Of a DNA stretch of 64,000 bases, positions 8,064-17,077 are shown piece by piece. Below the pieces are notes generated by a model. The model saw nothing but the letters and a program-made list of their open reading frames with translations, did not search any database and was not told the DNA's origin. The first letter of the stretch is position 1. Every line of letters starts with the position of its first letter. The DNA lies in NCBI GenBank assembly GCA_964504165.1, contig CAZDDH010000012.1, positions 3,213 through 67,212 on the forward strand. The letters run 5' to 3'. Origin of the DNA: an uncultured Rickettsiales bacterium. Lineage in GTDB: Bacteria; Myxococcota_A; UBA796; UBA9615; CAYRNR01. The position numbers and the translations under genes were made by a program.

Positions 8064-9834
8064 ACGCCGCCCGTTCGGGCCGCTGCACATCGCCGTAGTT
8101 GCGACCTTGACCACGGCCCTCCTGGGATCCGGCTGCCAGGACCTCGTCGTCACCCTGACGGACGATACGATCGGCGACGCGGATGGTGACGGTTGGCTGG
8201 CGGACGAGGACTGCGACGATACCTCTCCCTACGCCAATCTCGACGACGTGGATGGCGACGGCTGGTCCACCTGTGACGAGGACTGTGACGACAACGACGC
8301 TGCCCGGAATCCCGGGGATCTGGACGGCGACGGCTACTCCTCCTGCCACGGGGACTGCGACGACGACAACTGGAACCACAATCCGGGCGCCACCGAGCTC
8401 TGCGATGGCCTGGACAACGATTGCAACGGCCAGACGGACGAGGGCCCCTGCGTGGATTGCGACCACACGCTGGGCCCGGGAGGATTCATCGGCATCCAGC
8501 AGGCGGTGATGAGTCCGTCCGTCGAGGATGACGACGCCATCTGCGTGCCGCCGGGGCAGTACTACGAGAAGATCGATCTGGGGCCCAAGAAGGTCCGCAT
8601 CTACGGGTTGGCCGGGCCGTACCTCACCGTCGTCGATGCGGGCGGTGAGGGTTCCGTGGCCCGCATCATCACTCAGCAAAACGGGGACAGCTGGTTGCAG
8701 GGGCTGACCCTGCAGAACGGGGAGGGCAACGACGGCGGCGGCCTGTTCGTCGAGCAGTCGTCACCCATGTTGAAGCGGCTGGTCGTCCAGGACAACCACG
8801 TGACGGGCAAGGGTGGGGGGGTATACATCCATGACGGCGAGCCGACGCTGGACTCGGTCCTGATCACCCACAACACGTCGGGCAGCGACGGAGGTGGCCT
8901 GGCAGCCCTGGCCGCCGGGGTGACGATGGTTTCCGTCCAGGTGAGCCACAACACGGCCACAGGCCCCGGGGGAGGCATCCACCTGTTCGACTCGGAGACG
9001 GCGCACCTGAGTCATGTGAGCGTTACCGGCAACAATACGGGGCAGGATGGCGGGGGACTGGCGCTGCTGGATACCGCGGTCCAGTTCGACCAGCTGGTGG
9101 TGCGCGGAAACAAAGCCCAAGGCCGGGGTGGTGGCCTGTTCCTGGCTGTGGACGACTCGAGCTATGGCAACGGCATCGTGGCGGAGAACACGGCCCACGG
9201 CTCGGGGGGCGGGGTGTCCACCGTGGACGCCACCACGGCCCTCACGAACCTGTTCGTGGTGGGTAACCGCGCGGCCAGCGGCGGGGGGATCCACCTGGTC
9301 GATTCGTCCCCGACGATGCGCAATTTGGATGTCGTGGGCAACGAAGCGGACGACTCCGTCGGCGGCGGCCTGTTGGTCAGCGGCGATTCCGAGCCGCAGA
9401 TGGTCAACCTGGCCATCGTGGGCAATCGGGCATCCTCGGGGGGTGGGGGTGTGGATGGGGCCAGTACGCCGAGCATCTCCCACACCAATTGCTGGGGCAA
9501 CCAGCCCGCCGACTATCACAACATGTCCGATCCCACCGGAGAGCTGGGGAACATCTCCTTGGATCCCGGGTACGGGATCTCGGATACCCTGGCGGCCTTC
9601 CACTGGAACCTGCACCTACCGGAGGGGTCACCCCAGCACAACGGCGGCGATCCGGCGCTGAGTGACCCCGATGGGGCCCGCAGCTCCATCGGCGCCTACG
9701 GCGGCGAGTTGGGGGACGACCATGACCTCGACAACGACGGCGCCCTCGACTGGTGGACGCCGGGGCCCTATCCGGGCGGGGCGCTCGACTGCGACGATCG
9801 GCGGCCGTACATCAACCCCGTTTCGGGGTGCTGA
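8056..9834 (+). CDS. Lipoprotein with MopE-like metal-binding repeats plus right-handed parallel beta-helix repeats
   Basis: GTG at 8056 gives VSRRRPFGPLHIAVVATLTTALLGSGC (signal/lipobox) and overlaps the anti-sigma stop by 8 nt. DGDG/DCDD/DNDC repeats are followed by about 10 GGG[LIV] beta-helix coils. Confidence 0.75.
   Translation: MSRRRPFGPLHIAVVATLTTALLGSGCQDLVVTLTDDTIGDADGDGWLADEDCDDTSPYANLDDVDGDGWSTCDEDCDDNDAARNPGDLDGDGYSSCHGDCDDDNWNHNPGATELCDGLDNDCNGQTDEGPCVDCDHTLGPGGFIGIQQAVMSPSVEDDDAICVPPGQYYEKIDLGPKKVRIYGLAGPYLTVVDAGGEGSVARIITQQNGDSWLQGLTLQNGEGNDGGGLFVEQSSPMLKRLVVQDNHVTGKGGGVYIHDGEPTLDSVLITHNTSGSDGGGLAALAAGVTMVSVQVSHNTATGPGGGIHLFDSETAHLSHVSVTGNNTGQDGGGLALLDTAVQFDQLVVRGNKAQGRGGGLFLAVDDSSYGNGIVAENTAHGSGGGVSTVDATTALTNLFVVGNRAASGGGIHLVDSSPTMRNLDVVGNEADDSVGGGLLVSGDSEPQMVNLAIVGNRASSGGGGVDGASTPSISHTNCWGNQPADYHNMSDPTGELGNISLDPGYGISDTLAAFHWNLHLPEGSPQHNGGDPALSDPDGARSSIGAYGGELGDDHDLDNDGALDWWTPGPYPGGALDCDDRRPYINPVSGC
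8177..8447 (+). repeat. Coding repeats: three to four MopE-like Asp/Cys motif units
   Basis: DADGDGWLADEDCDD / DVDGDGWSTCDEDCDDNDAARNPG / DLDGDGYSSCHGDCDDD..PGATELCDGLDNDCNGQTDEG. Confidence 0.7.
8734..9460 (+). repeat. Coding repeats: about 22-residue beta-helix coils (PbH1 / Pmp-like GGG[LIV]...N periodicity)
   Basis: GGGLFVEQ, GGGVYIHD, GGGLAALA, GGGIHLFD, GGGLALLD, GGGLFLAV, GGGVSTVD, GGGIHLVD, GGGLLVSG and GGGGVDGA recur at roughly constant spacing. Confidence 0.7.
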
Positions 9835-10702
9835 TCGAGGGGGCGGGCTGCTGGTAGATGATACAGGTCAGATCGTCGTTCCCCCCCGCGATGAGTGCCT
9901 CCCACAGCAGGGCGTCGCAGGTGAGGGTTGCGTTGTCGCCCGCCTGTAGGCGGTGGTCGAGCTGTTCGTGATCCAGCGGGGCCCACAGGCCATCGCTGCA
10001 TAGCATCAGTCGATCCCCGCCCATCAGCTCCAGCCGGTCGACGTCCACGAACGTCTTCCGGGCCGACCCCACGGCCTGCAGGAGGACATTGGCGTACTTG
10101 CGGCGCCGGACATCGTCCAGGGACTGCTCGCCGGCCCCCGCCAGCATACTGAGGTAGGTATGGTCCCGGGTCAGCTGGGTCAGCTCCCCGGCGCGCAGCA
10201 GGTAACAACGGCTGTCGCCGACGTTGGCGACCCAGGCCCTCTTGCCGCCGAGGATCAGCACGGCGCAGACGGTCGTGCCCATCTTGCAGTAGTGGTGGCG
10301 GGCCCGGGCGGCGATGGTGTGGTCGGCCTTGAGGATGGCCCCGCGGAACAGCGCCTCGACCTGGTCGTCGTCGCCGGCGTCTGTGCACTTCAAACCCTCG
10401 GAGAGGGAGCAGCTGATTTGCTCGATGGCCATGGAGCTGGCGACCTCGCCGTGTTCCATCCCCCCCAGCCCGTCCGCCACGGCCAGCAAGACGGCATCGT
10501 GGCCCAGGTGTTCGATGGTGAAGTTGTCCTGATTGCGCGTCCGCATGGTGCCCCGACAGGTGCGGCCGCACGTATCGGTGGTGGTCACCCCGGGCTCGTC
10601 GAGGCGGAGCCACAGGGTCTGGCGATGCGTGTCCGGATCCACGAAGGGAAGGATCCCGGGCAGGGGTTCGAACGGGGTCGGTTTGGCAGCGCTACGGGGC
10701 AC
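9812..10702 (-). CDS. PP2C-family Ser/Thr protein phosphatase
   Basis: RNQDNF, LLAVADGLGGMEHGEVAS, GTTVCAVL, ANVGDSRCYL, LMLCSDGLW. The 3' end overlaps the convergent CDS 8056..9834 by 23 nt. Confidence 0.85.
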   Translation of the reverse strand: MPRSAAKPTPFEPLPGILPFVDPDTHRQTLWLRLDEPGVTTTDTCGRTCRGTMRTRNQDNFTIEHLGHDAVLLAVADGLGGMEHGEVASSMAIEQISCSLSEGLKCTDAGDDDQVEALFRGAILKADHTIAARARHHYCKMGTTVCAVLILGGKRAWVANVGDSRCYLLRAGELTQLTRDHTYLSMLAGAGEQSLDDVRRRKYANVLLQAVGSARKTFVDVDRLELMGGDRLMLCSDGLWAPLDHEQLDHRLQAGDNATLTCDALLWEALIAGGNDDLTCIIYQQPAPSISTPKRG

Positions 10703-10906
10703 GGATCGTCCTCTCTTCGAAGCTACATGTGAAGGCGGTCGGATTTGTGATGAAAAAAGAGAATTGCATGTTCATTTTTACGAGATAGTCCGGGTGTGTC
10801 CCTTTTTTTGACAGATCCTTTTGTCTCGTTTTTGTGCCGGTTTTTGTCTTTGTTCATAGAGCGTGACGTTGAGAGCGCTGACGAAAGATTTGAATCGGGG
10901 AAAATC

Positions 10907-11128
10907 ATGAACCAGCCGATGCCTTACGATCCGATCTACGATGAGCTACCGACCCCCTCCAGAAGCGGTAAGTTACAGCTGAGCCTGGCCCTGGGCGGTT
11001 TTTTACTGCTGCTGGTCTGCCTCACCCTGGGATTCATCTGGTTGGACAGCCTCAAACAGGAGGTCCAGGTCAACAGCGCGCTCCCCGACCCCGAGGTGAC
11101 GGGTATCCAGTCGTCCTCCGGTTCGTAG
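10907..11128 (+). CDS. Small single-pass membrane protein (hypothetical)
   Basis: ATG at 10907 inside track ORF 10796..11128. TM helix LSLALGGFLLLLVCLTLGFIWL. Lies directly upstream of the two-component pair. Confidence 0.3.
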   Translation: MNQPMPYDPIYDELPTPSRSGKLQLSLALGGFLLLLVCLTLGFIWLDSLKQEVQVNSALPDPEVTGIQSSSGS

Positions 11129-11184
11129 CCCCTCCCGTACCGGCCCGGAATGTCCTACCCTGTTGAGGCATTGGATGGACATCT

Positions 11185-11883
11185 ATGGCCAACCTATTGA
11201 TCGTGGACGACGACGCCTCCCTGCTGGACATGCTCGCCATGGCCTTCGAGGACGAGGGGTACGACGTGCGCACCTGCGCCGACGGCAACGAGGGCATCCG
11301 CTCCGTCCGTGACACCACACCCGACCTGGTCATCAGCGACGTCAACATGCCTGGGCTGGACGGCTTCAGCCTGTGCCGCCAGTTGCGCGAAGAGGGCAAC
11401 CGCGTCCCGCTGATCCTGCTGACGTCGCGGGACCACGAGGTGGACGAGGCCATCGGCCTGGACCTGGGGGCGGACGACTATGTCACCAAGCCGTTCAGCA
11501 CGCGGGTGCTGCAGGCGCGCGTCAAGGCACTACTGCGGCGGGAGGCGTTGCGGCGCGGGCCCGTCGAGGAGCCCAGCACCGTCACGGTGGGGGACCTGGA
11601 GCTGGACCCGGACCGGCTGGCGGTGCGCTACCGGGGTGAGGAGATCACCGTCACAGTCAGCGAGTTCCGGCTGGTGGAGGCGCTGGCCGGGCGACCGGGC
11701 GTGGTCTTCTCTCGCGACCAGTTGCTCAACGTGGTGCGGGGCTCGGATTCGGTGGTGGTGGACCGCATCATCGACACCTGGGTGCGGCGACTGCGGCGCA
11801 AATTCGAGGAGGTGGCCCCCGGCTTCGAGGGCATCGAGACTGTGGTGGGGGCCGGCTACCGATGGCGAGATATCCACTCCTAG
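11185..11883 (+). CDS. OmpR/PhoB-family response regulator (REC plus winged helix)
   Basis: LLIVDDD, DLVISDVNMPGLDG, LTSR, ADDYVTKPF. C-terminal trans_reg_C (RLVEALAGRPGVVFSRDQLL...VDRIIDTWVRRLRRK...GAGYRW). Confidence 0.9.
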   Translation: MANLLIVDDDASLLDMLAMAFEDEGYDVRTCADGNEGIRSVRDTTPDLVISDVNMPGLDGFSLCRQLREEGNRVPLILLTSRDHEVDEAIGLDLGADDYVTKPFSTRVLQARVKALLRREALRRGPVEEPSTVTVGDLELDPDRLAVRYRGEEITVTVSEFRLVEALAGRPGVVFSRDQLLNVVRGSDSVVVDRIIDTWVRRLRRKFEEVAPGFEGIETVVGAGYRWRDIHS

Positions 11884-13328
11884 AAAACCTGCTCCCTCAC
11901 CCTCGCTCGCTGCGCCTGCGGGCGCTGGCGGTGGTGCTGGTGGTGGCGCTGCTGCCGCTGCTGGTGGTGGCGGTAGCCGGATGGTTGCGGCTGGGCAAGG
12001 GGGCCCGCATCTCCGGGCGGGTGCAGGAGGTCACGGCCCGCTGCGCGGCGGTGGTGGCCGACGGGGACGCGGCCCAGTGGCAGGGGCCCCTGGACGACAT
12101 CGCCCGCAGGGAGAAGATGCGCATCCGCGTGCTCGACGGCAGCGACCGGGTGGTGGTGGATATCGACCACCTGGACCGGGGCATCGAGTTCATCCCCGAG
12201 CAGGTGAAGATCCCGCCCTCCGAGGACCCGGGGGAGTTCGACCGCTCCCTGGGGGCCCTCCACGAGCGCCCTGAAACCCTGACGGCGTTGGAACCCGGCA
12301 ACGCCGATGGCAATGCAGAGGGCTGCCGCACCACCAGGGGCGCCGACGAGCTGTTCTGCCACGGCGTGCAACGCCTGGACGGGGGTGGGGCCCGCCTGGT
12401 CTACGTGCAGGGCAACGCCCCATGGAGCATCAACATCCTCTACGAGTCCCGGTACCAGCTGGCCCGGCTGACCTTGCTGGTGATGCCCCTGGCGCTGCTG
12501 CTGGCGTTCTGGCTGGGCTGGCGGCTGCTGCAACCCATCCGGGAGCTGCGGCAACAGCTGCTGGACCAGGCCATGCAAGCCGCGCCGGGCTCCCGGCTGG
12601 AGTTCGAACGGGGGGACGAATTCGGCGATCTGGCTACCGCGTTCAACACCATGGCCGGGCGGCTGGAGGAGCGCACGGCCGCCAACGAGGCGTTCATGGC
12701 GGACCTGGCCCACGAGTTCAAGAATCCGGTCAGCGCCATCCGCGCCGCGGCGGAGAGCCTGGAGAAGGGGGCCACCGACCCCCGGCGGATGGAGCGCATC
12801 GTGCGTGTGCTCAATGATTCCAGCCACCGGCTGGACACCCTGCTCGACCAGTTCCTGGCCCTGGCCCGCGCCGAGGCCGGCCTCCCCAGTGAGCAGCGGG
12901 CCGAGGTCCCCCTCGACGGGCTCGTCGGTGGCCTGGTGGAGGCCCACGCGGCCCGCTTCCCCGACATCACCTTCCGCCCCGACATCGCGTCCCCGGCCCG
13001 CGTCTTCGGTGTGGCTCACGAACTCGAGACCGTGCTGCGCAACCTGCTGGACAACGCCGTGGCCTTCGCCGAAGGCACCGTCGATGTGGAGCTGCGCCGC
13101 CACGACGGCTGGGTGGAGATCACCGTCTCCGATGATGGCCCGGGCATTCCACGAGAGGACCGCCCCCGGGTCTTCGACCGCTTCTTCTCCACCCGTCACG
13201 GCAAGAAGGGCACCGGCCTGGGGCTGGCGCTGGTACGGGCCGTCATCGAGGCCCACGGCGGCACCGTGGCCGTGGATTCTCCGGAGGGGGCGGGTGCGGT
13301 TTTCCGGTTGCGGTTGCCCGCGGGCTAG
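11862..13328 (+). CDS. Sensor histidine kinase (2 TM, periplasmic loop, HAMP, HisKA, HATPase_c)
   Basis: H-box FMADLAHEFKNPVSAI, N-box NLLDNAVAF, G-boxes DDGPGIP and GTGLGLALV. Overlaps the regulator gene by 22 nt. Confidence 0.85.
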   Translation: MARYPLLENLLPHPRSLRLRALAVVLVVALLPLLVVAVAGWLRLGKGARISGRVQEVTARCAAVVADGDAAQWQGPLDDIARREKMRIRVLDGSDRVVVDIDHLDRGIEFIPEQVKIPPSEDPGEFDRSLGALHERPETLTALEPGNADGNAEGCRTTRGADELFCHGVQRLDGGGARLVYVQGNAPWSINILYESRYQLARLTLLVMPLALLLAFWLGWRLLQPIRELRQQLLDQAMQAAPGSRLEFERGDEFGDLATAFNTMAGRLEERTAANEAFMADLAHEFKNPVSAIRAAAESLEKGATDPRRMERIVRVLNDSSHRLDTLLDQFLALARAEAGLPSEQRAEVPLDGLVGGLVEAHAARFPDITFRPDIASPARVFGVAHELETVLRNLLDNAVAFAEGTVDVELRRHDGWVEITVSDDGPGIPREDRPRVFDRFFSTRHGKKGTGLGLALVRAVIEAHGGTVAVDSPEGAGAVFRLRLPAG

Positions 13329-14233
13329 ATCCGCTCACCCCGCTCGACCAGATCCCAGACAGTGGCCGGATCCGCCGGAATACCCGTCCGCCCCCCCGGC
13401 GCCGTGCACTTGATCGCGGCGGCGGCGCTGGCGAAATCCAGGCTCGCCTCCAGGGGGTGGCCGGCCAGGTGGGCGTGGGTGAAGCCAGCGTGGAAGACGT
13501 CGCCGGCGCCGGTGGTGTCGACGACCTGGGTGCGGAAGGCGGGGCGGTGGACGAGGGTGCCCCCGGAGAGGGCCAGGCTGCCCCGCTCGCCCAGGGTCAT
13601 GCCGACGATGGCCGCGCCGTGAGCCGCCAGGCTCTCCAGCTGGCGTTCATGGGTCGGCTCACCGGTGAACTCCCCGGGGAAGGTGGCGCTGCATAGCACC
13701 ACGTCGCACAGGGGCAGCAGGCGTTCGGAGAGGGGGAGCAGCCGTTCGGCGTCCAGGACCACGCACACCCCCAGCTCCCTCGCCCGGCGCGCGGCGGCCA
13801 GCCCCAGCTCCTCATGGCCGTCGAGGAACAGGCAACGGCAACCCTCCAGTAGCCCCAGATCCAGGTCGCCGGGCTGCAGGTTGATGGCCAGATCCCGGTG
13901 GTAGACGATGGTCCGTTCGCCGCTGCCTTGCTCCACGAAGATCATCGAGGTCTGGGTGGAGCGGCCACCGCGGGTCACCATGTGTGCCGTGTCGACCCCG
14001 TCGGCCGCCAGCTCGGCCACAGCGCCGCGCCCCAGATCGTCGTCGCCCACCGCGCACACGGCCGCTACCCGCAGGCCCCAGCGTGCCAGGGCGGTCATCG
14101 CCGTGGCGGTCTGTCCGCCCCCCTGCCGCAGATAACGGGTGACCGGGTTCTTCGTGCCCGGCCGGGGAAAGGACGGCAGCTGGCAGAGCTGGTCCACCCC
14201 TGCGTAACCGATGCCGATGACGTCGTGACCCAT
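13325..14233 (-). CDS. PfkB-family carbohydrate kinase (ribokinase-like)
   Basis: MGHDVIGIGYAGVDQL..., GGGQTATAM, and C-terminal DTTGAGDVFHAGF anion-hole/catalytic motif. Trimmed from the 903-aa track ORF to the ATG at 14233. Confidence 0.8.
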   Translation of the reverse strand: MGHDVIGIGYAGVDQLCQLPSFPRPGTKNPVTRYLRQGGGQTATAMTALARWGLRVAAVCAVGDDDLGRGAVAELAADGVDTAHMVTRGGRSTQTSMIFVEQGSGERTIVYHRDLAINLQPGDLDLGLLEGCRCLFLDGHEELGLAAARRARELGVCVVLDAERLLPLSERLLPLCDVVLCSATFPGEFTGEPTHERQLESLAAHGAAIVGMTLGERGSLALSGGTLVHRPAFRTQVVDTTGAGDVFHAGFTHAHLAGHPLEASLDFASAAAAIKCTAPGGRTGIPADPATVWDLVERGERI

Positions 14234-14422
14234 GCTCACCTCGCTGCTGTGGGCGACATTACAAGAACTCGACAACCCCTGCGATCTCTTGACATCTGAA
14301 TACTTGTTTGTGTGATTTGGCAATGTAACAATACTTGTAGGTATTAATGCTACAGCAAGGGAGAGCAGCCGCTCCCCCTGTCCATCCGTGTCTCCACGGG
14401 TGGCGTCCCAACAGTTGGCCGT

Positions 14423-17068
14423 TTGGTCGCGGGCCCGTGGGCCCGTCTTTCGGGGAGGTGTGTCGTGGATCAAGCCTCGGTACGCAATGGCATGCTCGTG
14501 ATCGGGATCATCGTCTGTCTGATGGCCCTGTTTCTGTGGACGACCAGGCGGCAGCCGCCCGCGCTGGAACCCGTGGAGTCCAGTGGCCCACCGGTGGAGG
14601 TCGAGGAACCTGACCAGGGTGCCGAGGTGCCCCCGGCGGACAGAGCCATCCACGCCCCGCCCTGCATGCAGTCGGTCACCGTACCGCCGGATGATCTGGA
14701 GACGGGGGAGCCCCAGGAGAGGTACTTCGAGAACATCGGTGAGGAGACCTGCTCCAACCTGGTGGCTGCCGCCTTGAGATCGGTACCTACCGGGGAACAA
14801 AAAACCCTGTCGCCCTACTTCTTCGTGCCCACCGGTGGGGGCGTGGAGGATCTGCCCCTCAAGAGCACCCGCGCTGATGTGCAGATCGCCGGCGTGATGG
14901 CCGACGTCACCGTGACCCAGGAATACCGCAACGAAGGGGAGGGGGCCATCGAGGCGGTGTACCTGTTCCCGGCATCGACGCGAGCGGCGGTGCACGCGCT
15001 GAAGATGACCATCGGCACACGGGTGGTCGAGGCCCAGATCCGGGAGCGGGAGCAGGCCAAGCAGGAGTACGAAAAGGCGGTGGCCAAGGGCAAGACGGCG
15101 TCGCTGCTCACCCAGCAACGGCCCAACGTGTTCCAGATGGTGGTGGGCAACATCCTGCCCGGCGACGAGATCCGTGTGGAGCTGACCTACGCCGAGCTGC
15201 TGGTCCCCACCGACCGCCAGTACGAGTTCGTCTATCCCACCGTGGTGGGGCCACGTTACTCCAACATCTCCGTCGAGGAAGCCTCCGAGGAGGACCAGTG
15301 GGTGGCCGCGCCCTACATGCACGAAGCCGTGGAGCCCACCTATACCTTTGGCCTGGACGCGACCCTGAACAGCGGTGTGGCCATCGCCAAGGTCGACTGC
15401 CCTAGCCACGAGGTGGCGGTGAACTTCGAAGGCCCGCGCACGGCGCAGGTGCACCTGGCCGAGGGCAAGGGGGAGGGTAATCGGGATTTCGTGCTGCGCT
15501 ACCGGCTGGCCGGTGACCGTATCCAGAGCGGGCTGATGCTCTACCCCGGCGAGAAGGAGAACTTCTTCTTGTTGATGATGGAGCCCCCCGAACGGGTGAC
15601 CGAGGCGCAGATCGTGCCCCGGGAGTACCTGTTCATCGTGGACGTCAGCGGGTCGATGGGTGGGTTCCCGCTGGATGTCAGCAAGGAGCTGATGGGGGAT
15701 CTGCTGGGCAGCCTGCGCCCGGAGGACCACTTCAACGTGCTGCTGTTTGCCGGGGGCAGCGCCCTGCTGGCGGACCGGTCCATGCCTGCGACGCCCGGCA
15801 ACATCGCCACGGCGATGACGCTGGTGGACCAGCAACGCGGGGGTGGCGGCACCGAGTTGTTGCCGGCCCTGCAGCGGGCGCTGGCGCTGCCCACCACCGA
15901 CGGCATGTCCCGCATCGTGGTGGTGGCCACGGACGGCTACGTGACCGTGGAAGATGAGGCCTACGAGCTGGTGCGGCAGATGCCGGGCAAGGCCAACCTG
16001 TTCTCCTTCGGGATCGGCTCGGCGGTGAACCGGCACCTGGTGGAGATGCTGGCGCGGGCCGGGCAGGGCGAGCCGGTTGTGGTGCTGGACCAGGAGGAGG
16101 CGGCGGACAAGGCGGCGTCCTTCCGCAAGCAGATCTCGTCACCGTTGCTGCAAGGTATCGACGTGCAGTTCGACGGCTTCGATGCGTACGACGTGCAGTC
16201 CAGCCGCTGGCCGGACCTGTTTGCCGACCGGCCGCTGGTGATGTTCGGCAAGTACAAGGGCGCGGCCACGGGCAATGTGGTGATCACGGGCAAGGTCCCG
16301 GGGGCGGACTACCGCAAGGTGATCCCCGCTCACCGCGGCGTGGCTTCGGACAAGAACCAGGCGCTGCAGTACCTGTGGGCTCGGGATCGCATCCACCAGC
16401 TGGACGAGGTGCGGGACCACGAGCGCTACCCGGACCGGGCGGCGGAGATCACCCGCATCGGGCTGGATTACGGCCTGCTCACCGAATACACGTCCTTCAT
16501 CGCCGTGGACAAGGTGAAGCGGATCGTCGCGGATCCCCGCCGGGTGAAGCAGCCTCTGCCCATGCCGCAGGGGGTCCCCGATTCGGCCGTCGGCGGTGTC
16601 TGCCGTGCGGCGGGATCGAGCGGCCGAGGAAGCGGCGGATTCGGTCAGGGCCTGGGGAGCCTGGGAACCAAGGGTCGCGGCCGGGGCGCCAGCGGCTACG
16701 GCTCGGGCGGCGGCTACTTTGGCAAGAAGAGTTCGGGCACGCCGGGCATGGTGACGGGGGACGCCATCATCCTGGGTGCCCTGAGCCGTGACGACATCGA
16801 CCGGGTCGTCAAGGCGCACCTGGCCCAGATCCGTTACTGCTATCAAAAGGAGCTGCAGAAGAACCCGGAGCTGGCGGGCAAGGTGGTGATCAAGTTCGTC
16901 ATCGCCCCCGACGGCAGCGTATCTTCCGCCAAGGTCCAGAGCACGACGCTGAACAACGTCATCGTCGAGAACTGTATCTGCCAGCGGTTCCTGAGGTTCA
17001 CGTTCGACGAGACGAAGGGGGGCGGGATCGTGATCGTGACCTACCCGTTCGTGTTCAACTCCGTCTAA
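14423..17068 (+). CDS. Membrane-anchored VIT plus von Willebrand A protein with an AgmX/PglI (TonB_C-like) C-terminal domain
   Basis: TM helix MLVIGIIVCLMALFLW. VIT block (LKSTRADVQIAGVMADVTVTQEYRN...). vWA MIDAS motif FIVDVSGSMGG. Gly-rich linker, then RDDIDRVVKAHLAQIRYCYQKEL...VTYPFVFN. Start uncertain (TTG 14423 or ATG 14492). Confidence 0.75.
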   Translation: MVAGPWARLSGRCVVDQASVRNGMLVIGIIVCLMALFLWTTRRQPPALEPVESSGPPVEVEEPDQGAEVPPADRAIHAPPCMQSVTVPPDDLETGEPQERYFENIGEETCSNLVAAALRSVPTGEQKTLSPYFFVPTGGGVEDLPLKSTRADVQIAGVMADVTVTQEYRNEGEGAIEAVYLFPASTRAAVHALKMTIGTRVVEAQIREREQAKQEYEKAVAKGKTASLLTQQRPNVFQMVVGNILPGDEIRVELTYAELLVPTDRQYEFVYPTVVGPRYSNISVEEASEEDQWVAAPYMHEAVEPTYTFGLDATLNSGVAIAKVDCPSHEVAVNFEGPRTAQVHLAEGKGEGNRDFVLRYRLAGDRIQSGLMLYPGEKENFFLLMMEPPERVTEAQIVPREYLFIVDVSGSMGGFPLDVSKELMGDLLGSLRPEDHFNVLLFAGGSALLADRSMPATPGNIATAMTLVDQQRGGGGTELLPALQRALALPTTDGMSRIVVVATDGYVTVEDEAYELVRQMPGKANLFSFGIGSAVNRHLVEMLARAGQGEPVVVLDQEEAADKAASFRKQISSPLLQGIDVQFDGFDAYDVQSSRWPDLFADRPLVMFGKYKGAATGNVVITGKVPGADYRKVIPAHRGVASDKNQALQYLWARDRIHQLDEVRDHERYPDRAAEITRIGLDYGLLTEYTSFIAVDKVKRIVADPRRVKQPLPMPQGVPDSAVGGVCRAAGSSGRGSGGFGQGLGSLGTKGRGRGASGYGSGGGYFGKKSSGTPGMVTGDAIILGALSRDDIDRVVKAHLAQIRYCYQKELQKNPELAGKVVIKFVIAPDGSVSSAKVQSTTLNNVIVENCICQRFLRFTFDETKGGGIVIVTYPFVFNSV

Positions 17069-17077
17069 CCCGAACCG

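Noticed and set aside
10723-10908. 61-aa minus-strand ORF in the A/T-rich island
   Set aside because: It has very low GC3 compared with every confident gene here, a Lys/Asn/Ser-rich composition and no ribosome-binding site. The region is more plausibly regulatory DNA.
13325-16036. 903-aa minus-strand ORF
   Set aside because: Only the last 909 nt (13325..14233) encode a recognisable protein (PfkB kinase). The upstream two thirds are antisense to the VIT-vWA gene and are low complexity. The same 5' over-extension problem was corrected for 20754..22763, 30606..33482, 37773..39437, 51592..52614, 56640..57704 and 57676..59256.
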